Sequence record: SRR22947727_4403
Length of the DNA: 36,314 bases
Direction: 5' to 3' (one strand)
The notes beneath the pieces were generated by a model. It was not told where the DNA came from. It saw only the letters and a list, made by a program, of their open reading frames with translations, and made no database searches. A program made the position numbers and the translations under genes. This document shows, piece after piece, positions 1 through 9,289 of the stretch (positions within the stretch are counted from its first letter, which is position 1; the number at the start of each line of letters is the position of its first letter).

Positions 1-801
1 GGCCGAGATCAGCGCGTCTGTTTCGGGCAGAATGCGCATCGCATCGCGGCGAATGGCAACGCGGCCATGCGGCAAATCAAGTACGTTGTGCCCGCCAAGA
101 AACCGCGCCACAAATTCGGTTTTGGGTTCATTGAATACGCTATGAGCCGTGCCTGCTTGTTCAATTTTAGCATTATTCATAACGATAATTTCATCGGCTA
201 AACCCAGCGCCTCTTCTTGGCTATGGGTGACGTGAATAAAACTAATCCCCAGTTCGGCTTGAAGTTTTTTCATTTCGGCGCGCATTTTAATACGTAAAAA
301 CGGATCCAGCGCCGAAAGCGGCTCATCCAGCAGCAACACTTGCGGCCGTGTCACCAGCGCGCGCGCCAAAGCCACCCTTTGTTGCTGGCCACCGGAAAGT
401 TGGTCGGGAAACCGCTTGTGGAACGTCTCCATATCTACCAGCTCAAGTATTTCTGCAGCTTTCTTATGCCGATCGCTGCGGGTCACCCCCTTCATTTTTA
501 AGCTGAAAGCAACATTGTCGATGATGTTTAAATGCGGGAAAAGCGCGTAATTTTGAAACATCATCGCGGTGCCGCGGCGGGCCGGTGGCATCAACGAAAT
601 ATCTTTGTTTTGCAAGATGACAGCGCCATCGGTAACGGTTTCATGCCCCGCAATCATCCTGAGCGTCGAGGTTTTTCCGCAGCCAGATGGCCCTAAAAGG
701 CAGGCATAACCGCCGGTTTTGAAGCGATGAGATATTGCATCAACGGCTAAGGCATCGTCATAGCGTTTCGTGAGTGCGACCAATTCTAAATCAGATGTCA
801 T
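1..801 (-). CDS. ABC transporter ATP-binding subunit (PotA/polyamine-opine-like), 3' end runs off window
   Basis: Not in the ORF track. Read manually from ATG at 801: MTSDLELVALTKRYDDALAVDAISHRFKTGGYACLLGPSGCGKTSTLRMIAG. Walker A GPSGCGKT, signature LSGGQQQRVALARAL, Walker B LLLDEP. Confidence 0.95.
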   Translation of the reverse strand, partial: MTSDLELVALTKRYDDALAVDAISHRFKTGGYACLLGPSGCGKTSTLRMIAGHETVTDGAVILQNKDISLMPPARRGTAMMFQNYALFPHLNIIDNVAFSLKMKGVTRSDRHKKAAEILELVDMETFHKRFPDQLSGGQQQRVALARALVTRPQVLLLDEPLSALDPFLRIKMRAEMKKLQAELGISFIHVTHSQEEALGLADEIIVMNNAKIEQAGTAHSVFNEPKTEFVARFLGGHNVLDLPHGRVAIRRDAMRILPETDALISA

Positions 802-945
802 TGCAAACCATTTTTCGTTGTTTGGATCACGCTGGTCTGTTTTCGGTTGGGATAACAAAAAAAACTCTATGGATTTGAGCATGGCGTGGCCGCATGCGCA
901 AATTGTGTGCAGAAAAAATATTTTTGCTTATAATTTAATCATAAA

Positions 946-957
946 ATTGTATACAAT
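946..957. promoter_or_regulatory. Palindromic operator ATTGTATACAAT, probable site for the adjacent GntR (FadR subfamily)
   Basis: Perfect 12-bp inverted repeat between divergent ABC ATPase and gntR genes. It matches the TTGT-N2-ACAA style of FadR-subfamily sites. Confidence 0.7.
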
Positions 958-1056
958 ATTTTCGGTAGGGCAAAGTTTAATCGTCTTTGTTGTTTCTGAG
1001 TCGGTAATTTGCAATAGAGAGATCTGCGCCCCAACCTCGGTCTGGAAAGACGTTTT

Positions 1057-1749
1057 ATGCCTGCACTCAAAACGACTATAACGGCTCGTGAAATCGGCAA
1101 AGCGATTGCTAAAGCGATCCATGAACATAAAGTACTGCCGGGAACCAAATTGGGCGAAGACGAATTGTCTGAGATTTATGGGGTTTCCAGAACGCTGGTG
1201 CGCAGCGCATTGCAGGGATTATCGCATGAGCAGCTTGTGGATATTCAACCCAATCGGGGAGCATTTGTTTCAAAGCCCAGCTTGAGAGAGGCGCGTGAGA
1301 TTTTTGAGGCGCGCGCTCTTTTAGAGCCGAGAACGGCGCGGTCTGCAGCGCTCAGGATGACGAAGGAGTCCGCGCGCCGATTGCAAACCCATATTGATGA
1401 TGAGCATGAAGCTTTGGCGCAAAATGATATTGGGAAAGCGTTGTGGTTGTCTGGGGTTTTTCATATTGAAATTTCAAAGCTCGCCGATCAAGCCACGATT
1501 GGGCGGTTTATCGAAAGCTTGATCGCCCGGTCTTCGCTAATTATTGCGCTTTATCGGAAAAGAGACAGCGCTTTGTGCGAAAAACATGCCCATCATGCTT
1601 TGCTGGAGGCTTTATCGCAAAAAGACGGAGCCAGAGCGGAAGAATTGATGCAAAGCCATCTGGTGGATTTGGTATCGGCGCTGGATTTGCGCGAGAAGGT
1701 TTCGAACCCAACTAAGCTGAAAGATGTGTTGGGGGGCTTGGGCGCTTAA
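1057..1749 (+). CDS. GntR family transcriptional regulator (FCD domain)
   Basis: N-terminal wHTH 'LPGTKLGEDELSEIYGVSRTLVRSAL...PNRGAFV'; FCD C-terminal domain with FH..I and HH..L metal-site residues. Confidence 0.93.
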   Translation: MPALKTTITAREIGKAIAKAIHEHKVLPGTKLGEDELSEIYGVSRTLVRSALQGLSHEQLVDIQPNRGAFVSKPSLREAREIFEARALLEPRTARSAALRMTKESARRLQTHIDDEHEALAQNDIGKALWLSGVFHIEISKLADQATIGRFIESLIARSSLIIALYRKRDSALCEKHAHHALLEALSQKDGARAEELMQSHLVDLVSALDLREKVSNPTKLKDVLGGLGA

Positions 1750-1997
1750 GCCCCTGGCAATCAACTGCCAAGGTTCTTTTATAAGCGGTAAGCTAGCCGC
1801 TCGGATTTAAGCGCATTTGTTTTAACACCTGCTCATACCTGCATTCCAACCTGGTGAGAGCAAAACAGATCATGCACCTGATCACGTGCGCTTTGGCTTT
1901 TAGGCTTGTTTCAACAAATATTAAGCCGGCCATGCTAATCAACTTTTTTAATAGTCGGATTATATCTGCTGCCTAGCGGCTTTTCTGATCGCTCAAT

Positions 1998-3134
1998 ATG
2001 TTTGAACCTAAACATTTTCTGGTCAGAACCGATGCCCGTAAACTTTGGCGGCTTGTCGCGTTTTTTATGTTTGTTGAGGTGTTTTTGCTGCGCATCTATT
2101 TCCTTTCCGTGCTGGTTTTCTTATCGTCTTATTTGTTATCTGCTAGCGGCTTAAGCGCCTGCACGATTGCGCATAAAAACGAACGCTTGTTTACCCATTG
2201 TCTGTTACATTCTTCGCTCAATAAATCTGTCGAGCCAGCTACCGCTTATTTTTTAAACACTAAATTGCGGCGCAATGTTCAACCGGGCATCGCCACTCTG
2301 CCGGTTGCGGAGCGATCGTTGCAGCGTATTTTGGCGCCTGTGATCTTATATTCGCACAATATAAACGGTGGTAATCCAAACGCAGCGTTGGTTTTGGGCG
2401 ATATGGTTTTTCAGGGCAAAGCGGATCGCGTGAAAAAAGCGGGCGTTCTTATGGGGGTGGGGGCCGGTTTGCGGGATCGCTATTTTCCACATGCGCGTAC
2501 TTATTTTGAGTATGGGGTGAGCGCGCATTATGCGCATAGCCCGCAGCATGAGATGGGCATTGCCTCTTTATCGGCCGATGCCTGTTTTGTGAAAAGCCTG
2601 CGAAACTGGCGCTACGTTGATTTGTGCACCCGTGCGGATCGGATTCAAAAAGATCTTTCAGATACCCGCATTAAGCAACATGAAATACGCGTTTCTAAGC
2701 TTTGGAACGGGAAATTTGCGCAATCCCATCAGTTTACGGCGGGCGTAGCGGTGCGGAACGCAGATCAGTCGGTTCAAACCCAAATCTCAGTTGAGATGGA
2801 AATGCTGTATTCAACCAATAGAATTTGGAGCCTTCGCATTATTCGCGGTGAGCGCGTTCCCAATCGGCTGGTATTGACGCAGATTGTGTCACTCAGCCTA
2901 GTTGAGTTGATAAAGCAAAACCCCTTTGCGTTGGATCTTTCATATAGCGAATATTCGGGCGGCGGTTTGCTTGGTTATAAGCGTGATGACAGCACGCTAT
3001 CGGCCCTGCTTTCCTATCCTGTTTCCCCGCAAGTCAGCCTGTCTTTTGGTTATCAGTTCACCAACAGCACAATCGATTATTTTGATTTGAAAACGCCTAT
3101 ATTGGCTCTGAAATTTCAAGCGCTTCGATTTTAG
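1998..3134 (+). CDS. Putative outer-membrane beta-barrel protein (DUF560/Slam-like C-terminal barrel); true start probably about 2079-2085
   Basis: Hydrophobic signal-like N-terminus ending SGLSAC; 'YSHNINGGNPN' motif; alternating amphipathic strands; C-terminal aromatic residue (...LKFQALRF). Confidence 0.6.
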   Translation: MFEPKHFLVRTDARKLWRLVAFFMFVEVFLLRIYFLSVLVFLSSYLLSASGLSACTIAHKNERLFTHCLLHSSLNKSVEPATAYFLNTKLRRNVQPGIATLPVAERSLQRILAPVILYSHNINGGNPNAALVLGDMVFQGKADRVKKAGVLMGVGAGLRDRYFPHARTYFEYGVSAHYAHSPQHEMGIASLSADACFVKSLRNWRYVDLCTRADRIQKDLSDTRIKQHEIRVSKLWNGKFAQSHQFTAGVAVRNADQSVQTQISVEMEMLYSTNRIWSLRIIRGERVPNRLVLTQIVSLSLVELIKQNPFALDLSYSEYSGGGLLGYKRDDSTLSALLSYPVSPQVSLSFGYQFTNSTIDYFDLKTPILALKFQALRF

Positions 3135-3437
3135 ACAAGGGGCTTGGCTGGTTTTGCCTGCGCGCGCTTGCCGCGGCAGCGGGCAATCATGCGTATCGGC
3201 CGCTTTAACCTTTTTCTCTCTCACATCGCGTGGTGATTTTCAGTGCGCGTTTTGTTTTGCAAAACCGCTTCGCGCCAGATTTCAGACCAAGATATGGGCT
3301 TTTCAGGTTTGAACCTTGCGCCAAGTTTTACAGCGCTTCTGGGGGCTGCTGGCCCGCCTCAAGCGCCGGGTCAAGATAAAAAGGATCCAAAAGGTTTGGT
3401 TTTTCAATTGACAATTTTTATGAAAATGGCGAGAGAT

Positions 3438-3461
3438 GGTATATTGGTATACCAAAATACC
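3438..3461. promoter_or_regulatory. 24-bp near-perfect palindromic operator GGTAT-A-TTGGTATACCAA-A-ATACC upstream of tctC
   Basis: Perfect core TTGGTATACCAA at 3444-3455, extended by GGTAT/ATACC arms, ending 28 bp before the tctC ATG. TGGTATACCA is a typical FadR-subfamily GntR site. A TTGACA lies at 3408-3413. Confidence 0.75.
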
Positions 3462-3489
3462 GAAACTCGACATTCTGGGAGGAACAAAT

Positions 3490-4455
3490 ATGAAACGGAA
3501 AAATTATGTCGGCAAGCTGCTGACTGGGGCCTCAATGTGTTTAGCCATGGGGGCAAGTGCCGTGATGGCGGATGAGTACCCGTCAAAAACTATTGAAGTT
3601 GTCACGCATGCTGGCAATGGCGGTGGTACAGATGTTACAACGCGTATGATGATGCTGCGCGCGCGCCGTGAATTAAAGCAGGACATGGTTGTCGTGAATA
3701 AGAAAGGCGGCGGCGGTGCTGTGGCCATGGATCATTATCTGACCGTTCCCGCCGATGGTCATACGATTCTGACCTTTACAATCGGGCATGCGGCCACGCT
3801 GGCCAAAGGCGAAACGGATATGAAGCTGGATGATATTCGTCCGATTGCCCGCGGCACAGATGACCCTCAAATTCTAATGGTACGCTGCGGCGCTTATGCC
3901 GATGCGGCCGATTTTGTCGCTCAGCAAAAGGCGGCTCCGATTACCTATGGCACAACGCATTTGGGCAATATTGATGATGTATCTGCCTTTATGTTCACCA
4001 CCAAGGGCGATATGAAAACGCCCAAAATTCTACCCTTTGATGGTGGCGGAGAATTGGCGACTCAATTGGTTGCTGGCGCTGTAGACGCGGCCGTGTTGAA
4101 TTTGGCGGAAGCTGGAAGTCAGATCGAAGCGGGCGACGTCTGCCCGATCGTTGTGCTGGCCAATAACCGCATGGCGGCTTTGCCAGATGTTTCAACCGCG
4201 CAAGAAATGGGCATCCCTGTCAGTTTCTCAACCGTACGCGGCTTTGTGGTACATAAAGACACACCAGACGCAGTGGCTGAAAAAATCGAAACGGCTTTGA
4301 TTAAGTCGATGAACCATTCCGTCTATCAGGGGTTCTTAACCTCAGTTGGCCTTGATAGTTCTTCAGTGGCGGGCTCTGATGAATGGGGCAACCAGCTCTC
4401 TGTGATGGTGAATGATATGCAAGCTGCTTTGAAAGAGCTTGGCTTTATCGAATAA
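3490..4455 (+). CDS. tctC: Tripartite tricarboxylate transporter substrate-binding protein
   Basis: ATG 3490 after a GGGAGG RBS; signal peptide; 'YPSKTIEVV..AGNGGGTD', 'VVVNKKGGGG', 'PFDGGGE...LVAG.VD', 'LPDVST..E.G' Bug/TctC motifs. Confidence 0.95.
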   Translation: MKRKNYVGKLLTGASMCLAMGASAVMADEYPSKTIEVVTHAGNGGGTDVTTRMMMLRARRELKQDMVVVNKKGGGGAVAMDHYLTVPADGHTILTFTIGHAATLAKGETDMKLDDIRPIARGTDDPQILMVRCGAYADAADFVAQQKAAPITYGTTHLGNIDDVSAFMFTTKGDMKTPKILPFDGGGELATQLVAGAVDAAVLNLAEAGSQIEAGDVCPIVVLANNRMAALPDVSTAQEMGIPVSFSTVRGFVVHKDTPDAVAEKIETALIKSMNHSVYQGFLTSVGLDSSSVAGSDEWGNQLSVMVNDMQAALKELGFIE

Positions 4456-4467
4456 TTATTTGAACTG

Positions 4468-4494
4468 GGCCGCGCCCTTTTAAGGGGCGCGGCC
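4468..4494 (+). terminator. GC-rich stem-loop between tctC and tctB (attenuator or mRNA-stabilising hairpin)
   Basis: GGCCGCGCCC (4468-4477) pairs perfectly with GGGCGCGGCC (4485-4494), followed by ATCCTTT. Confidence 0.65.
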
Positions 4495-4514
4495 ATCCTT
4501 TGGAAGAAAGCTTT

Positions 4515-4985
4515 ATGTCAATGCCAACGTCAAAATCAGAGCGCTATGCCCGATGGATGGTCCCGCTTGGAATTGTGATTTTTGCGCTTGTGGCGATTTA
4601 TTTCACGACCACATTCAAGAAAATGCCGCCTATTTTAAAGCGAGGGATACAGCCCTCGGATTTTCCGCAATTGATCTGTGGTTTTATCATCTTTTTAACA
4701 GCGCTTATGGTTTGGCTGGACCCGATTAAACTGCAGGAGCGCGCTGATAAATCCACCTTTGGTACATTTTTGGCGCTTTTTATCTTCTGTTTATTGGTCC
4801 AGATCGATCTGTTTATAGCGCTGGGCGCTTTCGCGGCAGGTCTCTCGATTCTCTGGGGCGAGCGGCGTTGGCACCTGATTGCTTTGGTTGGGCTGGCAAT
4901 GCCCACGATCATTTTTTTCCTGTTTGATTTGGTGTTCAGAATTCGGTTTCCGCGCGGTCTTTTAACAAATTGGTGGTATGGCTGA
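4515..4985 (+). CDS. tctB: Tripartite tricarboxylate transporter small membrane subunit
   Basis: Four hydrophobic segments, 'P..FPQL' and C-terminal 'LFDLVFRIRFPRG'; lies between tctC and tctA. Start is 4515 or 4521. Confidence 0.92.
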   Translation: MSMPTSKSERYARWMVPLGIVIFALVAIYFTTTFKKMPPILKRGIQPSDFPQLICGFIIFLTALMVWLDPIKLQERADKSTFGTFLALFIFCLLVQIDLFIALGAFAAGLSILWGERRWHLIALVGLAMPTIIFFLFDLVFRIRFPRGLLTNWWYG

Positions 4986-6483
4986 TATGGAGGCGTTTGT
5001 TGCAGGATTCACCGCGTTAGGCGACATCTCATTGCTAATGTTGCTGGTTTGCGCAACGTTGGGCGGCGTTGTCATCGGAGCTTTGCCTGGCTTAAACGCA
5101 ACCACGGGTGCGGCTTTATTGCTGCCCTTCACGTTAACGATGGAGCCGGTGGCTGCCATCTCGGTGCTGACCGCTATCTATTGTTCGGCAACATTTGCCG
5201 GTGCGATCACGGCCATTTTAATCAACACGCCCGGCACCTCCGCCAGCGCAACCACTTGCCTTGACGGTTATCCAATGGCGGTGCGCGGCGAAGCAGGCCG
5301 AGCACTTGGATTGGCGGTTATTTCTTCAACCGTTGGCGGTGTGTTCAGCGTAGCCGTTTTAATGCTGTCGGCCCCAATTTTGGCGCGCGCGGCGTATAAT
5401 TTCGCCCCGCCTGAATATTTTGCACTCACCCTGTTTGGGCTGTCCATGTTGGTGAGCGTGGGTGGTGGCTCGCCAATACGCAACCTGATTGCTGGGGCAT
5501 TTGGCATTTTATTGGCCACTGTGGGCACCGACCTTCTGACCTCAGTAAAGCGCTTTACCTTTGATGTAACCGAGTTGCGCGATGGCATTGGCTTTGTGCC
5601 AGTTATGATAGGCGTGTTTGGCATATCCGAACTGTTGGCTCAGGCTTCAAAATTAAACGAGCGTCGCGAGCAAATCACTATGAAGGCGATTAAATTGCCC
5701 AGCCGCGAAGATTATAAACGCGTCTGGAAAACCATTTTACGCTCAAGCGGGATCGGAACTTTTATCGGGATTTTACCCGCTGAAGGCGCAACTGTAGCCT
5801 CGATGATTGGTTATAATGAAGCCAAACGCTGGTCAAAAACGCCCGAAGAATTTGGCAAGGGGGCGCCCGAAGGAATCGCAGGATCTGAAGCAGCCAACAA
5901 TTCTGCAACCGGCGGTGCAATGGTGCCCACTTTGGCCTTGGGCATTCCCGGATCGCCCACTGCGGCGGTGATCCTGGCGGGATTATTGGTGCATGGCTTG
6001 CGCCCAGGACCCACGATGTTCACCGAGCAGGCGCATTTTGCCTTTGCGATTTTTTGGTCGATGCTGTTCGTCAATCTTCTTTTTTTAGTAATCGGGCTTT
6101 ACGGGGCCCGTGTATTTGCCCGCGTCACACTGATCCCAATTCCGGTGCTATGGCCAAGCGTTTTCATGTTCTCTGTGGTGGGGGCCTATGCGCTGGATCA
6201 ATCCATGTTTGATGTGTGGGTTGCGCTGATTTCCGGTGTTGTTGGATATTTCATGCGCATGTATGGGTTTTCGGTTGTTCCGCTCGCCATTGGGTTGATT
6301 TTAGGCGGGATGCTCGAGCAACGCCTCGGCCAGTCGATGGTGATGCTGGATGAGAAATGGTGGCTGATGCTCACTCGGCCCTTATCACTTTTATTTTTTA
6401 TCCTAACGGCTTTGGCCTTATTTGGACCCACCGTTTGGCGGCTTTTAAAACGAGCTAAAGGACTTGAAAGAAAGGCTGATTGA
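4978..6483 (+). CDS. tctA: Tripartite tricarboxylate transporter large permease
   Basis: 'GALPGL', 'ILINTPGT', 'DGYPMA..G.AGRAL', 'EAANNS...[14 protein letters not shown]' TctA motifs. Confidence 0.96.
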   Translation: MADMEAFVAGFTALGDISLLMLLVCATLGGVVIGALPGLNATTGAALLLPFTLTMEPVAAISVLTAIYCSATFAGAITAILINTPGTSASATTCLDGYPMAVRGEAGRALGLAVISSTVGGVFSVAVLMLSAPILARAAYNFAPPEYFALTLFGLSMLVSVGGGSPIRNLIAGAFGILLATVGTDLLTSVKRFTFDVTELRDGIGFVPVMIGVFGISELLAQASKLNERREQITMKAIKLPSREDYKRVWKTILRSSGIGTFIGILPAEGATVASMIGYNEAKRWSKTPEEFGKGAPEGIAGSEAANNSATGGAMVPTLALGIPGSPTAAVILAGLLVHGLRPGPTMFTEQAHFAFAIFWSMLFVNLLFLVIGLYGARVFARVTLIPIPVLWPSVFMFSVVGAYALDQSMFDVWVALISGVVGYFMRMYGFSVVPLAIGLILGGMLEQRLGQSMVMLDEKWWLMLTRPLSLLFFILTALALFGPTVWRLLKRAKGLERKAD

Positions 6484-6484
6484 A

Positions 6485-7660
6485 ATGACTCGTATAAAAT
6501 CTGTTCGCACGCGCGTTTGGAATTGGACGGGGCCAACGGTGCCGCCGCAAGGGCATTTTTGCACCAACGCATCGGATGCGCTTTGGACAAAAGGCGATGC
6601 CATGTCTTCGTTTCGGTTCCACCAATGGCTGACCTGCGAAGTGGAAACGGAAGATGGTACCATCGGCATCGGCAACGCCGCCTTAGCGCCAAGCGTCGTC
6701 AAAAAAGCCATCGATGACTGGTACGCGCCTTTGGTGATCGGAGAGGATCCGTTCGATTATGCGTATCTGTGGGAAAAAATGTACCGCACAACCCATGCTT
6801 GGGGACGCAAGGGCGTAGGCATGACGGCTATCAGCGCCATTGATATCGCGATTTGGGATCTGATGGGGAAGTTGGTTGGAAAACCAGTGTTCAAGCTTTT
6901 GGGAGGGCGGACAAAAGAAAAAATTCCAGTCTATTATTCCAAACTCTATGCGGACAGCGTCGAGGCCATGCAAGAAGAAGCGCAAGAGGCGCAAAAAAAC
7001 GGCTATCTGGCTTATAAAACGCGGTTTGGTTTCGGCCCAAAAGACGGCATGCCGGGCATGCGCGAGAATATCAAACGGGTTGAGGCGTTGCGCGAAGTCT
7101 TGGGCTATGATGTCGATTTAATGCTTGAATGCTATATGGGGTGGAATCTTGATTACGCAAAGCGCATGCTTCCAAAACTTGCGAAATTTGAACCACGTTG
7201 GCTCGAAGAACCGGTGATTGCAGATGATGTTGAAGGGTATAAGCAGCTGAATGCCATGAACATTATACCGATTTCAGGCGGCGAGCATGAATATTCGGTG
7301 ATAGGTTGCAAAGATCTGATTGAGCAGAAAGCTGTCAGCGTTCTGCAATATGACACCAACCGTGTTGGCGGTATTACAGCGGCGCAGAAAATCAACGCGA
7401 TTGCAGAGGCGCATCAAATTCCAGTGATCCCGCATGCGGGCCAAATGCACAATTATCATTTGACCATGGCAAATACAAATTGCCCGATCAGTGAATATTT
7501 CCCTGTTTTCGATGTCGAAGTCGGCAATGAATTATTTTATTATATTTTCGAAGGTGATCCGGAAGCGAAAGATGGATACTTGCAACTTGATGATAACCTT
7601 CCCGGCTTGGGGATTAGTATAACCGATCGACACAGCCAGCATTTTGAGATTTTTGAATGA
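6485..7660 (+). CDS. Mandelate racemase/enolase-superfamily acid-sugar dehydratase, most like L-lyxonate dehydratase (L-rhamnonate dehydratase-like subgroup)
   Basis: '[15 protein letters not shown]', KxR motif (YKTRFG), metal ligands in MLECY / WLEEP / GGEHE, 'VIPH'. The N-terminus '[19 protein letters not shown]' resembles characterised L-lyxonate dehydratase from recall (not searched). Confidence 0.88.
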   Translation: MTRIKSVRTRVWNWTGPTVPPQGHFCTNASDALWTKGDAMSSFRFHQWLTCEVETEDGTIGIGNAALAPSVVKKAIDDWYAPLVIGEDPFDYAYLWEKMYRTTHAWGRKGVGMTAISAIDIAIWDLMGKLVGKPVFKLLGGRTKEKIPVYYSKLYADSVEAMQEEAQEAQKNGYLAYKTRFGFGPKDGMPGMRENIKRVEALREVLGYDVDLMLECYMGWNLDYAKRMLPKLAKFEPRWLEEPVIADDVEGYKQLNAMNIIPISGGEHEYSVIGCKDLIEQKAVSVLQYDTNRVGGITAAQKINAIAEAHQIPVIPHAGQMHNYHLTMANTNCPISEYFPVFDVEVGNELFYYIFEGDPEAKDGYLQLDDNLPGLGISITDRHSQHFEIFE

Positions 7661-8568
7661 CCCAATATTCTGGAATATGGCCCGTTGCCCCAACTCCGTT
7701 TTTTGAGGATGGGGCCGTTGATTTTGATGGAATGAAGCGGGTGCTGGATTGCCTGATCGATCAAGGGGCGGATGGCATTTGCATTTTGGCGAATTTTTCC
7801 GAACAGTTTTTGATTTCGGATGCCGAGCGTGATGCGCTGGCCCGGCTATGCGTAGAGCACATTGCGGGGCGCGTGCCGATTATTGTGACAATCAGCCATT
7901 TTGCAACGCAGATTGCCGTTGAACGGGCGCGCTTTGCCAAAGAAATCGGGGCCGATATTGTGATGATGATGCCTCCGTATCATGGCGCGTTGCTCAAAGG
8001 GAACGCGCAGCAAAGCTTTGAACAATTTGCAGCTGTTGGTGAGGTTGGGATCCCGATCATGGTACAGGATGCGCCGTTATCCGGGGTTGAGCTTCCGGTG
8101 CCCTTACTGCTGCGTATGGCGCGCGAAATCGAAATGGTAAAGCTGTTTAAGATTGAATGCCCACGCGCCTCCAATAAACTGCGCGCCTTGATTGCCGAAG
8201 GCCGCGAGGCCATTGAAGCCCCTTTTGATGGTGAAGAAGCGATCACTTTATTGGCAGATTTGGATGCTGGGGCAACGGGGTCGATGACATCTGGAATGAT
8301 CGTGGATCAGATCAAACCAGTGATCACCCATCATCTGGCAGGGCGGATAGAAGAGGCAACCACCGCCTATGGGCGCGTGGCGATGGTGATCAACCATGAA
8401 AACCGCCAATGCGGCTGGCAATCCTGTAAGGCCGCTATGGTGGCCGGTGGGGTGATAAAATCAGATTACTGCCGACATCCGATAGAACCGCTGCACCCTG
8501 AGATTAAAAGCCGCTTGATTGATTTGTTAAAACCTTTAGATCCGCTTGTATTAAGATGGGGAGTCTAA
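7657..8568 (+). CDS. DHDPS-family 2-keto-3-deoxy-L-arabinonate (L-KDA) dehydratase
   Basis: 'ILANFSEQF', 'PPYHGA', 'IPIMVQDAP', Schiff-base 'FKIE', '[12 protein letters not shown]' as in Azospirillum AraD-type L-KDA dehydratase. ATGA overlap with the upstream gene. Confidence 0.88.
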   Translation: MTQYSGIWPVAPTPFFEDGAVDFDGMKRVLDCLIDQGADGICILANFSEQFLISDAERDALARLCVEHIAGRVPIIVTISHFATQIAVERARFAKEIGADIVMMMPPYHGALLKGNAQQSFEQFAAVGEVGIPIMVQDAPLSGVELPVPLLLRMAREIEMVKLFKIECPRASNKLRALIAEGREAIEAPFDGEEAITLLADLDAGATGSMTSGMIVDQIKPVITHHLAGRIEEATTAYGRVAMVINHENRQCGWQSCKAAMVAGGVIKSDYCRHPIEPLHPEIKSRLIDLLKPLDPLVLRWGV

Positions 8569-8569
8569 A

Positions 8570-9289
8570 GTGAATACAGCCCTAAAGCTGATAAATATCA
8601 TTGAAAAAGATGGGCTTGCGCGCAGCCCAAGCCTATCTGAAGACGCGGCATTACAGTTGCGCGAAATGATCTTGCTTGGTCAACTGCCGCCCGGAACGCA
8701 ACTGCCCGAGCGTGATTTGGCGCAAGCGCTTGGGGTCAGTCGAACCCCGATGCGCGAAGCCATCCGCTTATTGGCCAATGAGGGGCTGGTTTCGTATTCG
8801 CATTCTCGCCGGCCTTTTGTTGCAGATCCCTCCCTTGCGGAAATTAATGATTGTCTAAGGGTGCAAGGCGCGTTGGAGGCGCTGGCCGGGCAATGGGCGT
8901 GCGCGCAGGCAAGCGATAGCGAAATTGACGCCATCGAGCAGCTGAATGCTTCGATTAAAGAGGCGCGCGGCGCGGAAGAGCAATTGCAAGCCTTTCGCCT
9001 TGATATGCAATTTCATCAGGCAATTGTCGCCGCAGCGCGCAACAAAGCGCTGGCTGAAACGCACACAACCTATAATGCACGGCTTTGGCGGGTTCGCTTC
9101 CTCTCCTCGCAGCGCGAAGAAGGGCGGCCAGAAACCCGGATGGAACATTCAAAAATTATCGACGCGTTGCAAGCGCGCGATCCCCGCGCAACCGCAGAAG
9201 CGTTACAAAACCATTTACGCACAGCTGAGAAAAACGTGGCGGCGGCATTGGCAGAACTGTCTAGTCGATCTGACGAGGCCTCGGCATGA
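8570..9289 (+). CDS. GntR family transcriptional regulator (FCD domain)
   Basis: 'LPPGTQLPERDLAQALGVSRTPMREA' wHTH; 'DMQFHQAI..AARN' and 'EH..IIDAL' FCD motifs; GTG start. Confidence 0.93.
   Translation: MNTALKLINIIEKDGLARSPSLSEDAALQLREMILLGQLPPGTQLPERDLAQALGVSRTPMREAIRLLANEGLVSYSHSRRPFVADPSLAEINDCLRVQGALEALAGQWACAQASDSEIDAIEQLNASIKEARGAEEQLQAFRLDMQFHQAIVAAARNKALAETHTTYNARLWRVRFLSSQREEGRPETRMEHSKIIDALQARDPRATAEALQNHLRTAEKNVAAALAELSSRSDEASA

Noticed and set aside
3160-3176. GCGCGCTTGCCGCG shared with about 21822-21835 as a dispersed repeat
   Set aside because: Short and low-complexity with unrelated flanks, so probably chance.
7657-8568. dapA (lysine biosynthesis)
   Set aside because: It has ANFSE and QDAP motifs rather than GTTGE and YNVP, matching L-KDA dehydratase.
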